From positions 1,344,001 to 1,408,000 of the forward strand of contig CAVVPN010000011.1 of the NCBI GenBank assembly GCA_963750165.1: a stretch of 64,000 nucleotides of DNA. Reading direction: 5' to 3'. The translations under genes were made by a program, and so were the position numbers. The notes beneath the pieces are model-generated. The model had not been told where the DNA came from. It ran no database searches and saw nothing but the letters and a program-made list of their open reading frames with translations. Positions 40,952-51,994 of this stretch are shown one piece after another (the first letter of the stretch is position 1; every line of letters starts with the position of its first letter). Source of the stretch: an uncultured Gemmataceae bacterium (lineage in GTDB: Bacteria > Planctomycetota > Planctomycetia > Gemmatales > Gemmataceae).

Positions 40952-41061
40952 TTCGTCATTATCGGAAGCCGCGTACCCGGGACAAGCGCTAATTCCTTGC
41001 CGCCACCGGGTCGCGGCCGTTATACTCGCCTCTGCCCACCCCCGGACCCCAGGAGAGCGCC

Positions 41062-41721
41062 GTGGACCGCGATCCCAGCCTGAGCCCGATCCGCGCCGTC
41101 TGTTTTGATTTCGACGGCACCCTCGCCGACAGCTACGCCGCCATCACCGCCAGCGTGAACCACGTCCGCGCCGCGCATGGGCTGCCGCCGTTGACCGAGG
41201 CGGAGGTGAAGCCGCACGTCGGCCTCGGCCCCGCCAACCTGCTGACCGCGACCGTGCCCGGCGTCGAACTGCCCGCGGACGAACTCCGCTACCGCGCTCA
41301 CCACCCCAGCGTGCTGCGGACACACACCCACCTGCTGCCCGGCGCCCTCGACGCGCTGCGGGCGGTCAAGCACAGCGGCCGGCTGACGGCGGTGTGCAGC
41401 AACAAGCCGCGCAATTTCACGCGCGAACTGCTGGATTTCCTGGGCCTGGCGCCGCACATTGACGCGCTGTTCGGCCCCGAGGACGTGGCCCGACCCAAGC
41501 CGGCGCCGGACATGCTACTGGCGGCGCTGAAGCGGCTGGACGTGACGGCTGGCGAGACGCTGTACATCGGCGACATGCGCCTGGACATCCAGGCCGGCCG
41601 CGCCGCGGGTGTGCATGTGTGGGTGGTGCCGACCGGCTCCGACGCCGCCGAGGATCTGCGGGCAGCCCGGCCGGATCGGCTGCTGCGCGACCTGCGGGAA
41701 CTGGCGGAGTTGGTGGGGTGA
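41062..41721 (+). CDS. HAD family hydrolase (phosphoglycolate phosphatase-like)
   Basis: FDFDGTLADS, CSNK, KPAPD, IGD..D. Confidence 0.88.
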   Translation: MDRDPSLSPIRAVCFDFDGTLADSYAAITASVNHVRAAHGLPPLTEAEVKPHVGLGPANLLTATVPGVELPADELRYRAHHPSVLRTHTHLLPGALDALRAVKHSGRLTAVCSNKPRNFTRELLDFLGLAPHIDALFGPEDVARPKPAPDMLLAALKRLDVTAGETLYIGDMRLDIQAGRAAGVHVWVVPTGSDAAEDLRAARPDRLLRDLRELAELVG

Positions 41722-41729
41722 AGAAAGAG

Positions 41730-41828
41730 GATTCACCACAAAGACACAAAGAGCACAAAGAAGACCAAAAGAATTGATAAGCCAATCTTCTGTCTCCTTT
41801 GTGCTCTTTGTGTCTTTGTGGTGAATCC
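41730..41828. repeat. Inverted repeat with 9-nt periodic arms (family also at 49384-49496 and 55926-56082)
   Basis: GGATTCACCACAAAGACACAAAGAGCACAAAG ... CTTTGTGCTCTTTGTGTCTTTGTGGTGAATCC. Confidence 0.85.
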
Positions 41829-41831
41829 TTT

Positions 41832-44800
41832 TTATTTCTGCTCAATCGTCAACGTCATGCGCAGGCCCTCCGGCGCGAAGGTGACCGCCGCGGTCACATC
41901 CGCCAGGCTGCCCATCAACCGCCCGACCGTGCCGGTGGCGCTCGGCGCCAGCGACTGCCGCGGTTCGCGCGCGCTGCCGTGAACGCTGCACGTCATCGCC
42001 AGGCCGTCCGGCGTCAGCTCGTAACGACCGCCGTCCGGACAGTGGAACGCCGTGCCGTACAGCTTGCCGGCGCACTCGTGCACCTGGCACTGGCGGTCGT
42101 CCCACGACAGGTTGCCGCTGGTGGCGCTCAGCGCCCGCGCCGTGGACGAGAGCGGCCCCAGGTTGTGGAGGCAACCGAGGCGGTTGTTCTCCGCCCAGCC
42201 CATCTGGAAGCCCGGCAGCGCCCGGTCCCAGTGGTTCGCCCGCAGTTTCACCATGACGTGCGCCTTCGGGCCGAGATCGCGTTCGGGTCTGTCCTCAAAG
42301 CGCCCGGTTCCACTGGGAATGTTGTATTTGCTCATCTTCAAATCCATCCCGCTGAGGAACAGATCCTGGAACACCACCGGCGAGTTGGCGATGTACAGCC
42401 CGTTGCCGATGCGGCCCCAGTAAAGGCGGTAGCGCACCGGGCCGAAGCGCAGCGAACAGCTTCGCACCTTCGTCTCGCCCGCCATCAGGCACTGGAACAG
42501 ATCCAGATCCAGGTCCCAAAACTTCTGCGATTTCACCTGCCCCGCCAGCGGCAGCAGCACTTTGTCGAGCTTGTCGAGGAACCGATCAACCACGGCGCTG
42601 TCCTCGAGCGGAATCGACAGGTACATCGGCGTCGTCAGCGCCGCGCCGCCAACGCCGACCAGTGCCGCGATGGCCGCCATGCTGTTGTCTTCGCCCTCGG
42701 CAAAGCGGGCCAGCAGCGCCGGCAGGTTCAGGTCAATCGGAATCTCCTGGTCGTAGACGTGGAAGCCGACCTGGTTGCCAACGCCCTTCTTCAGGAACTC
42801 GTCCAGACTGGCGATCAGTTCCAGCTCCGGCCCCTCCAGGCCGGCCAACTTGGCCAGCGCCGTCAGCGATTGCAGCGCCTCCGTCGAGTCGTCCCCCTCC
42901 ACCCCCGCGCTCGCCATCAGGTCACGCAGCAGTGCGGTCTTGTTGAGACTGACATTACCGCTGAACAGATTGCGTTTCGGCACCGGCAGCGTGTCGAGGT
43001 GCTCGGCGCGCCGCCGAAGATTTTGAGCAGCAGGTCGTAGGTCTCCTTGCCACCAACGGGCGGCGTGAACGCCTCGATGTGGATACGCTTCTCCGTCAGC
43101 CGCAGCCGCAGCGCAACCGGGTTGTAGCAATCGCTACCGAGTTCCTTGACGAAGGCGTCGTAAGCCTCGGCCTCCGCGCCGGTGACCTGCGTCAGCGGCA
43201 GTTCGCAGCACGGCGTCAGGCAGTCGGCACGGCCGTACACGTCGGAGACGCCGGTGAGGCAGTCGTCCGCGAGGGCATAATTGCCGCCGTCGGGGCAGGT
43301 GAGTTCGCCCTCGTTGAAGACGCCGGGCACACAGTCGGCGTCCTCCAGTTGCCACAGCGACTCGGGCAGGCACCCGTGTTCGCTGCGGTACAGCTGGGCG
43401 GCGTGGCCGATCATGCGCAGGTGCGTCAGCGCCACGCGGCTGCGCTGCTGCTGGATCCGCACCGCCGGGCTGGCGAGGTGCTGCAGGAACGCCTCGGAGA
43501 AGTAGACGAAGCCGTCCTCCGCGGCGTCGGCAGGCAGTTGCGTGCGGATGTACTTGAACTCGTCCGTATCGCCGAGGGACTGCACCGCGTTGCCGTCGGC
43601 GTCCTCGCCCTGGATGGCTTCAAGGACGCGCTGCAGCGCCACCCTGGAATTGCTGCGCACAAGAAGGCCCGGTTTGGGGATGGCGGAGTACACGCACACG
43701 GCGTTGTCCCGGCTGTGCACGTGGAGATAAGGCACGCCGAGCAGGGTGCCCCGGTCATACTGAAGGTTCTGAGCCAGCAGATCCGCAAAGAAAAGCTCAT
43801 GCATCGCCGGGCCACAGTTCAGCGACCCCGGGGCGAAATGGAACAACAGCGTCACGTCGCTGCCTTCCGACAGGAACAGATCACTGCCGACCACTGCCAC
43901 CCGGCCCAACGCCTTGAGAAACGCCGGGCATTGGTCCGGGCCAAGCACTGGCAGCGCCAGCTGGCGCAGCAGCCGCTCGCGGACCTGGCCGTCGCGGCCG
44001 TCCTGGTTGATTTGCAGCGCCAGGTACTTGCCCCACTGCTCGCCGCGGTTCAGCGCTTCGACCATCTTGCCGACGGAGCAGAACTCGGCGAAGTAGAAGT
44101 CCGCCGGCACGCAGCGCGACAGGAACGACACCTCGGCCTGCTCATCGGCAAGCAATTCATTCCACGGCCGGCTGGCGATGTCGGGGCCTTTCAGGTCGGC
44201 GAGGTCCACGATTTCCAGTTCCCGTTGTTGCTTTCGCTCGCGATCGATCTCCGCGGGCGTTATTTCCGGAGGAGGCACTTCGGACGGGGGCGGCGGGGGA
44301 GCGACTTCTTCGTCGTCCACGACGGGCGGCATTTTGGGGAGCGCCGGGGATTCCTCATCCACGACAGGCGGCATGGGCGGCGGCCCCTGCGCGGTTTCCA
44401 GCGGTGGCGGTGTTAACGTCACCGGTACCGCCGTATAGGGGGGCGGCACCGTATAGGGGGGCGGCACCGGCCCCTCCTGGGCGGTCCCGGCGGTCACCCT
44501 AACCCACGCCGGCTTCGCCAGCGCCGGCGCCAGGCCCTGGTTCGACCGGTCGCCGTGCGTGATCGCCGTCGTGTTGCTGACGGTGTAGAGCGGGTTGCCG
44601 CGCTCCGTCTTGTAACAGACCTTGAAGCGCACCTGGGTGATGTCTGGCCGGCAAGTGGTCCACGGCAGGAACAACGTGTAGCCGTAGCCGATCGGATCCT
44701 GACGCATGAGTTCCCGGAGCGACTTCTTGTCGAACTTGTATTTCTCCAGGCGCACCGGCCGGACACCCGGGTGGCTCTCGTCGAACACCTCCACCGTCAA

Positions 44801-46198
44801 TTCGCCGCCGCCCGCCAGCGCTCGGTCGGCATCCTGGCCAAACAGGTACACCTTGCCCGCCAGGCCCGGCAGCGGCGCCCCGTTGTTAACCGGGTCGATT
44901 GTCCACTGCTCCTCACTCTGCCAGATCGCCACGACCTGACAGACGGCGCTGTCATCGGCCTGCGGCGGTGCCGGCAGGGATTCACCGGCCGCGTTCTCCG
45001 GCTGGGAAGTGGGCGGCACACGTGGCACCAGAGACAGTTTCAGTGGGCTCCCGCTCGACAGCAGGCCGGTGGCCTCCCACGTCTGCGGCGTCACGTCGCC
45101 CGTCATCGCCTCGAATTGCAAGCGCTCCACCGATTTCGCGCCGCCGACCAGGGCGAGACAACTGAGCGGCAGTTGCGACAGGCCGCCCCTGGCCGCGCCG
45201 TCCAGCGCGATGGCCTCGACCTGGCCGCTGACCTCCGCGAGCTTGTCCGCCCGCCGCGCCAGTTGCAGCACGACGTATTGCAACCCGGCGTCGCGCGGCT
45301 GCAACCGCAGTTGCTCCAGCGCCGCATCGAGCGTCCAGGCGGACGGCAGCGGCGTTACATCCTTCCCGGGGCCAACCTTGTCAGCCCCCAAGCTGTACTG
45401 AACACTCAGGGCAATGGCCTTTTCCAGGGCCGCGGCCTTCGCAGGTGATAGTTCAGCTTTCGGCGCTTCCAGATCCAGGTTCCCCATGCGGATCACCAGC
45501 AACACACTGCCGCGCTTCTGCGCTTCATTGATCGGATCGACGCCCGGTTCCAACTGCGTCGAGACGATCTCGCACACGCCGGGGCTGCTCTGTTCCTGGT
45601 AGGCCGCGTCAGGCAGGTAAAACACCTTGACGAGGTAGTTGCCGTCGGAGATCTGCTCGATGTCCTCGTCGGTGAAGCTGACCGGTACCGCGTTGTGCGC
45701 CAGGAACTCCGCCGTCTTCGCGTTGGCCGGCATCACTTCCAACGTCGGATACAGTTCCAGGTCCCGGCCGTTCCGGCCTTCGATGGTCGTCATCATCAGT
45801 CGATGGAGTCCGGCCGCGAAAGTGTGCCTGCCCGGCGCCTCAAGCGTCGATGCTTCCTTGAGGTTCTGGCCGGGCTCGAGCCAGGTCACGCGCATGCGAG
45901 CGGGCCGCACGAAGCGCACCTGCGTGGCGCTGCACTCCGGCGGGACCGCCTTCTTTTCGTGGGGACATTGGGCGGCACAGGGGTTCGACGGACCGAAGAA
46001 CTTGAACCCCGAAACGGAGTACACGCCGCCCTGCTCAAGGCGGGGATGGCCCAGAATGCTCGGCACAATGAACTCCGGCGGCGGCACCTCGTAATCGACA
46101 TTGGGAGGCGGTTGCCCGCAGGCGAAGGGCGGGGCGAATGCGATCAGGCCCAGCAGGGCGGCCAGGGCCACGAGTTGGTTGCGGAATGTGCGGATCAA
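41832..46198 (-). CDS. Large (about 1450 aa) exported multidomain hypothetical protein; frameshift near 43010
   Basis: TTG start with AAGGAG RBS; signal peptide; Pro-rich linkers; two CPDGGxY motifs. Confidence 0.65.
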
Positions 46199-46383
46199 AC
46201 GGCGACTCCTTGCGTGAAAAGGGGGAGCACGGCTCCGGCCGGTGGAGTACGATGGACGGGCCGGCAGGGCGCCGGGGCAAGAAATGGCATCGCTGCCGGC
46301 GCGGCGGACATCCGAAAACGACGGCGGTCTGTCAAGGGCAAGCGGCGGCGGCAAAAGACGGGTGGACGCCGGAGGCGCCCGAT

Positions 46384-46433
46384 TCTCGACGTGTGAAAAA
46401 GTTGGCCCCCTTGGCCCCCTTGGCCCCCTTGCT
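46384..46433 (+). repeat. Copy of the 50-nt dispersed repeat
   Basis: TCTCGACGTGTGAAAAAGTTGGCCCCCTTGGCCCCCTTGGCCCCCTTGCT. Confidence 0.9.
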
Positions 46434-46507
46434 CGGCCAACCGGCGCCCCCCGAGGACCAGCCGTGCCAACCGAAATCGAGGCCCGCGGACAGCGCGGGA
46501 AGAAGAA

Positions 46508-47163
46508 ATGCACTGCATCACGCTGGGGGACCAGGCCGTCCTGGCGTACTGCGCCGACGAGGCAACCGCGGCCCGCCTGGCAGCGCTGGTGCGCCAGGCG
46601 GCCGCGCCGTGGCTGGTGGACGTGGTGCAGGCATACGCCAGCGTCGGCGTCTTCTTCGACCTGTTGCGCATCACCTACGCCGAGGTCGTGGCGCACCTGG
46701 AGGCGCTGCGCGCAGCCCGGCGACGGCCGCGGTGGCGCCGGGTCGGCTGCACCACATCCCGTGCTGTTATGAGCTGCACCTCGACCTGGAGCGGGTCGCG
46801 GCGGAGAAGGGGCTATCGACGGACGAGGTGATTCGGCTGCACGCGGCAACGGAGTACACGGTGTACGCGATCGGCTTCTGTCCGGGCTTTCCGTACCTGG
46901 GATATTTGCCGGCGGCGCTGGCGGGCGTGCCGCGCTTGCCGGCGCCGCGGCTGCGCGTGGAGGCGGGCAGTGTCGGACTGACGGGACGGCAGACGGGCAT
47001 TTACACCGAGGTGCGGCCAGGCGGCTGGAACATCGTCGGCCGTACACCGCTGCAGCTGGTGGATGTAGCGGACAGTTACTTCCCGCTGCGGACGGGCGAC
47101 CGTGTGCGCTTCGTGCCGATTGACGCGGCGGAGTTCGCGCGGCTGCGCGGGCGGCGGTTGTGA
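46508..47163 (+). CDS. pxpB: 5-oxoprolinase subunit B / KipI family; frameshift near 46715
   Basis: LGDQAVL, DVVQAYASV, then IGFCPGFPYLG, PRLRVEAGSVG, QTGIY..PGGWNIVGRTP. Confidence 0.85.
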
Positions 47164-47332
47164 CTTCGTTCGCAGTTCCGCCTTCAGGGAGTTGAAGCGG
47201 GAGTTTGCCTGAAGCGAGCGTCCAGCTTGCAAGTATTGCAAGGAAAGGGTTTACGGCAAGAGGATACGTCCTGGCAATACGACCGGGCGGCCAGCGTCGT
47301 TGCAAACGCGAAATCCGCCTGCTGCTCGGCCA

Positions 47333-48316
47333 TCAGTCCTTGTACCCCTTCGGGTGCGTGCGGTGCCAGTTCCACGCCGTCTCGACGATGCCGCGCAGTT
47401 CCGTGTACTTCGGCCGCCAGCCCAGTTCGCTCTGAATCTTCCCGGCCGCGGCCACCAGCGCCGGCGGGTCGCCGGCGCGGCGCGGCCCCCCCTTGACCGG
47501 CACCGGCTTGCCGACCACCTCCTCCACCGTCTTGATGACCTCCTTGACGCTGTAGCCGGTGCCGGTGCCGACGTTGTAGCGCAGCTCCGAACCCGGCTGC
47601 AACTGCTCCAGCGCCAGCAAATGAGCCTCGGCCAGATCATCGACATGGATGTAGTCGCGGATACAGGTGCCGTCCTCGGTCGGGTAGTCCTCGCCGAAGA
47701 CCTCGATGTGCGGCCGCTGACCCACGGCCGCCTGGATCACCAGCGGGATCAGGTGCGTCTCGGGTTGGTGGTCCTCGCCGATGCTGCCGTCCGGGCTGGC
47801 CCCCGAGGCGTTGAAGTAACGCAGGGCCGCGTAGCCCCACTGGTACGCCTTCGCGTAATCGCTCAGCGCCCGCTCCACGGCGAGCTTGCTGGTGCCGTAG
47901 GGGTTGATCGGGCTTTGCGGCGTGTCCTCGGTGATGGGCACTTTCTCCGGCACGCCATAGGTGGCGCAGGTGCTGGAGAAGATGAAGCGGCCAATCTGTA
48001 GCCGCCGCATCGCTTCCATCAGATTCAAGGTGTTGACGAGATTATTTTGATAATACTTGGCCGGGTTGGTCACCGACTCGCCGACGAAGGCGAACGCGGC
48101 GAAGTGCACCACCGCCTCGATGCGCTTTTCCAGCAGCACCTGATCGAGCCGGGCCGTCTCGTTGAGGTCCGCGACGATGAGCCGCTCGGCCGGCACCGCG
48201 CCGCGGTGGCCGAAGACCAAACTATCATACACCCACACGTCATGGCCGCGCGCCAGGAACAGCCGCACCGCATGACTGCCGATGTAGCCTGCGCCGCCGG
48301 TAACGAGAATTCGCAT
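47333..48316 (-). CDS. galE: UDP-glucose 4-epimerase
   Basis: VTGGAGYIGSH, FSSTCATYG, YGTSK, LRYFNA, DGTCIRDYIHV. Confidence 0.95.
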   Translation of the reverse strand: MRILVTGGAGYIGSHAVRLFLARGHDVWVYDSLVFGHRGAVPAERLIVADLNETARLDQVLLEKRIEAVVHFAAFAFVGESVTNPAKYYQNNLVNTLNLMEAMRRLQIGRFIFSSTCATYGVPEKVPITEDTPQSPINPYGTSKLAVERALSDYAKAYQWGYAALRYFNASGASPDGSIGEDHQPETHLIPLVIQAAVGQRPHIEVFGEDYPTEDGTCIRDYIHVDDLAEAHLLALEQLQPGSELRYNVGTGTGYSVKEVIKTVEEVVGKPVPVKGGPRRAGDPPALVAAAGKIQSELGWRPKYTELRGIVETAWNWHRTHPKGYKD

Positions 48317-48420
48317 AATTGCAAATTGCAAATTGCAAATTGCAGATTGCAAATTGAAAAACGCAGATTGCCGATTCTTTCAATTTGCAATCTGCAATTT
48401 GCAATTGGCAATTGGCAATT
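48317..48420. repeat. Inverted heptamer arrays (AATTGCA)n / (TGCAATT)n
   Basis: About 6 units in each arm, filling the ABC-galE spacer. Confidence 0.88.
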
Positions 48421-49353
48421 TTAGTTGGTGATGCCCTTGGTAATGAACATGAACACGTCTTCCAGGTCGATCTCATCTTCCTTGAGCATCTTGAGCCGGA
48501 AGCCGTTCTTGACCAGCAGGTCCGCGATGAAGCTGGCGTCATGCACCTCGTCGTTCAGCGTCACCTGCAGCGTCTCGTCATCCTTCATCTCGACGCCCGC
48601 CACGTCCTGGTGTTCCTTGAGGCGGTCCTTGGCCAGAAGCGCCAGGCCGTTGGCCACGACCACGGTCATGACCACGCGCTGCCGCGCCTGCTTGATCGCT
48701 GACTGCACGTCGCCATCGAACAACAGCTTGCCGCGTTCGATGATGCCGATCTTGTTACAGATGTCCGCCAACTCCGGCAGAATGTGGCTCGACACCAGAA
48801 TGGTCTTGCCCATGCTGCGCAGTTCCTTCAGCAGTTCGCGCATCTCAATACGGGCGCGCGGATCAAGGCCGCTGGCGGGTTCGTCGAGCAGCAGCACCTG
48901 CGGCTCGTGCAGGAGCACCCGCGCCAGACCCAGACGCTGCGTCATGCCGCGCGACAGGCTCGTCACCAGGGCGTCGCGCTTGTAGCCCAGCTCGACCAGC
49001 TCCAGCACCTGATCGCACTTCTTGCGCCGCTCCGGCCCCTTGATGCGGTAGGCCGCGGCGAAGAACTCCAGGTACTCGATCACCTTCATGTCGTCGTAAA
49101 CGCCGAAGAAGTCCGGCATGTAACCGATGACGCGGCGAATGTCCTTGGCGCCGTTGTAAATCGAGTAACCGCACACCGTCGCCTCGCCCCAGCTGGGGTT
49201 CAGCAGCGTCGCCAGGATGCGCATGGTCGTCGTCTTGCCGGCGCCGTTGGGGCCGATGAAGCCGTACACGTCGCCGCGCTCCAGCTTCAGCGTTAGTCGA
49301 TCCAGGGCGTACAGGTCGCCGTACATCTTCGTCAGGTCGCGCGTTTCAATCAT
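48421..49353 (-). CDS. ABC transporter ATP-binding protein
   Basis: GPNGAGKT, LSRGM, LLLDEP, SSH. Confidence 0.95.
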   Translation of the reverse strand: MIETRDLTKMYGDLYALDRLTLKLERGDVYGFIGPNGAGKTTTMRILATLLNPSWGEATVCGYSIYNGAKDIRRVIGYMPDFFGVYDDMKVIEYLEFFAAAYRIKGPERRKKCDQVLELVELGYKRDALVTSLSRGMTQRLGLARVLLHEPQVLLLDEPASGLDPRARIEMRELLKELRSMGKTILVSSHILPELADICNKIGIIERGKLLFDGDVQSAIKQARQRVVMTVVVANGLALLAKDRLKEHQDVAGVEMKDDETLQVTLNDEVHDASFIADLLVKNGFRLKMLKEDEIDLEDVFMFITKGITN

Positions 49354-49504
49354 GGAGCCTGTCCAGGTTAGTGGATGAATTTAGCCACAGAGGACACAGA
49401 GAAAGGAAAAGAGAATGAAACCAAACGGGAACGCAGTGGATTCACCATTGGACGCTGGCGGTTTTACTCTCTGTGCTCTCTGTGTCCTCTGTGGCTGATT
49501 TTCT

Positions 49505-51979
49505 TCATTTTGGGTTTCCGACTCGGGGCCGCACCGGCAGAAAGACGCGCACGTAGGTGTCCTGCACCAGCGTGCCGTCCAGTTCCGGTCGCGACGTGTT
49601 CTCGCCGGCCTGCGCTGCCTCGCCGGGGAGCCGGCCCAGCCACAGATGCGTCGGCAACCGCGGGTCGTTCTTCTTCGTCAGCTCCTCCGCCGAACCGCGC
49701 GCTCGCGCCGCCCGGCCGAACAGGATCGCTTCCCGGGTCACCGCCGGCCGGCCCTGCCCCGCCTGCACGCGGTCGTCCGCTAGCCGCCAACTCTGGTCCA
49801 GCATCCGCTGCGCGTGATTGCGGTACTGCTTGCTCACGTCGGCCTTCTCGTGGAACATCAGATCGCGCACAAACGGCGTCGGCTGGTACGGCTCGACCTG
49901 CGCCCCCGGCCCGCCGTGAGGGTCGCCCCGGGACTGCGGCCACCGGGCCATGTCCTGACCGCCCTTCAACTTGACCGTGACCTCCGCGCCAGTGGCGGGC
50001 AGGTCCGAAAGCGGATACCACTTGCCGCCGTAGAACAGCACAACTTCTTCCAGGTCGAACGGCAGCCGGCTCTTGAGAGTGCCGGTCAACGGCGTCTCCT
50101 GGAAAGCCACCGGCTCATACTCCAGGCTCGCCTCCAACGGCAGTTTCTTCAACGGCGTCGCATACGAGGCCACGAACGTCTTCGTCGCCCACACGGGGAT
50201 GGGCACGTCCTTGACGCCGAGAGCCCGGTAGTTGTACTCGTAGTCGCGGCGGAACAGGCCCTGCATCTGGCCACGGCTGACGCCGCGCTCCGGCCGCGCC
50301 AGCCAGCTCACCATCGCCGGCGCTGTCGCCGCCGCTGGGTCGGCCCAGGTCTGCACGCGCGGCTCAATCCCAATCGTGTAACTCTGGATCCGCGGGCTCA
50401 GCAGCGTGAACCAGGTGGTGCCGTAGGCGTACGCCTGCCGCGTTTGCTGCTGCTCGTCCAGGTCGCTGCGCAGGTCGAGGTCGATCAGGTCGATCTTGTT
50501 GACCTTCAGCTCGTTGCCCTTGACCGCGTAGGCGATCAGGTACGCCGACACGCTCACCGCCAGCACCACCGCGGGGAACGTGATCCACGTCCACTCCAGA
50601 CGCTTGAAGACCTTCTTGAGGATGAGGTAATCGAGCGGGCCGACGACGAGGATGTACAGGAAGATGAAGAACGCAACCCAGCCGAAGGAGATGGGCTGCG
50701 TGTCGAAGCGGTCGAGTTCCTCGCTGAGGCGGGCGCTGAGGTCGTGGCTGACCTCATGGCCGGAGCGGCCCATCGGCATCTGGGCGAACTGGTCGCCGCC
50801 CTTGCGCACCTGCGGGGCCAGCTTTTGCAGCAGCGATTTGTAGAAGTCGGTGCGGCCGGTCCAGCGGCGGAAGGGAGACTCGGCGGCCTCCACGTCGAAG
50901 GCCAGTACCGTGACGCTGCCCAGGCCGTAGGGCACGCGCGTGATGAGCGGCACCGGGGCGGTGCCGGTGTTCTCCGTGACCTCCTCGTGGATGTCGTCGC
51001 GGCGGTTGAGCGGCACCACCCAGGAGCCGCGCGCCACCGGGAACGGTTTGTTCAGGGCGTTGGCCCAGGTCCGCAGGGCGAAGGCGTCGGTCAGCGGCGG
51101 CACCCGGTCGCCGGGCCGCAGCAGTGGCGGCAGCGGCGGCTGCCAGGCGTCCTTGTGCTTGAGCAGTTGGTCCACCAGGTCAGCGTGTCGTGGCGACACG
51201 CTGACGACCAGCCGGCCGCCGCGGCGTACCCACTCGGCCAGGGCGGTGCGCCGCGCCAGGCCGGCGTTGGAGTTCGAGTTCAACTCGTCGAGGAAGCTCT
51301 TGCTCTCGGTCGTGAGCAGCATCAGGTCCACGCCCTGATAGCCGAACCACAACTGCGGCAACTTCTGGGCGTCGTTCTCGAAGGCACCGAACTGGCGGCG
51401 CTCCTCCGGGTTGCCGGGCTGCTTCTCGCTCAGCTGCAGCAGAGCCGCCTGAAAATCCTCCAGGCGAGCGCCGGCAGTCAGGTACAAATGGTGATTTAAC
51501 TCCAGCGTGGAGACCGTTTCCGGCTTGCCGCGGCCGAATGTCTGGCCGTCGGCGCGAAACGATACCTTCACGGAAGGCGACAGGCCGGAGGTCTTGACGT
51601 AGGACAGCACCAGCAGGTCGTCGTTCTTGCGCAGGGCGAACTTCTGCGGATAGACGTTGGGCGTGCCGTCGTTGTCGAGGGTCTCGATCAGGGCCTCGCC
51701 GCGCACGAAGTCATCGACGCCGACGGGCAACAGGATGGAGCCATCGGCGGCGGGCGTCAGGGTGATCTGAACCGGCGCCCACAGGTCGGGCTTGGCGTAG
51801 AAGAAGTCGCCGCCCTCGCGGTCGTAGGACAGGAAGCCGACACGCACCTTCTCGACCTCGACGCGCAGCGGTGGCGGCTGGCCGGCAGCGGCGGGCGCCA
51901 GGCAGGCGACCACGGCCAGCGCCAGGGCGGCACACCAGGGGCGTCGAGAGGGCAGAAGAGGGCTGGTCATCGGGGCCAC
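49505..51979 (-). CDS. Conserved hypothetical membrane protein, probably ABC-associated
   Basis: Signal peptide; LAEWVRRGGRLVV; TM pair YILVVGPLDY..KRLEWTWITFP. Confidence 0.7.
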   Translation of the reverse strand: MAPMTSPLLPSRRPWCAALALAVVACLAPAAAGQPPPLRVEVEKVRVGFLSYDREGGDFFYAKPDLWAPVQITLTPAADGSILLPVGVDDFVRGEALIETLDNDGTPNVYPQKFALRKNDDLLVLSYVKTSGLSPSVKVSFRADGQTFGRGKPETVSTLELNHHLYLTAGARLEDFQAALLQLSEKQPGNPEERRQFGAFENDAQKLPQLWFGYQGVDLMLLTTESKSFLDELNSNSNAGLARRTALAEWVRRGGRLVVSVSPRHADLVDQLLKHKDAWQPPLPPLLRPGDRVPPLTDAFALRTWANALNKPFPVARGSWVVPLNRRDDIHEEVTENTGTAPVPLITRVPYGLGSVTVLAFDVEAAESPFRRWTGRTDFYKSLLQKLAPQVRKGGDQFAQMPMGRSGHEVSHDLSARLSEELDRFDTQPISFGWVAFFIFLYILVVGPLDYLILKKVFKRLEWTWITFPAVVLAVSVSAYLIAYAVKGNELKVNKIDLIDLDLRSDLDEQQQTRQAYAYGTTWFTLLSPRIQSYTIGIEPRVQTWADPAAATAPAMVSWLARPERGVSRGQMQGLFRRDYEYNYRALGVKDVPIPVWATKTFVASYATPLKKLPLEASLEYEPVAFQETPLTGTLKSRLPFDLEEVVLFYGGKWYPLSDLPATGAEVTVKLKGGQDMARWPQSRGDPHGGPGAQVEPYQPTPFVRDLMFHEKADVSKQYRNHAQRMLDQSWRLADDRVQAGQGRPAVTREAILFGRAARARGSAEELTKKNDPRLPTHLWLGRLPGEAAQAGENTSRPELDGTLVQDTYVRVFLPVRPRVGNPK

Positions 51980-51994
51980 CGCTTGAAGAGACGT

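Noticed and set aside
46199..47305. N-terminal extension of the 1462-aa ORF
   Set aside because: Overlaps pxpB antisense and a repeat; the real start is the TTG at 46198 with an RBS and signal peptide.
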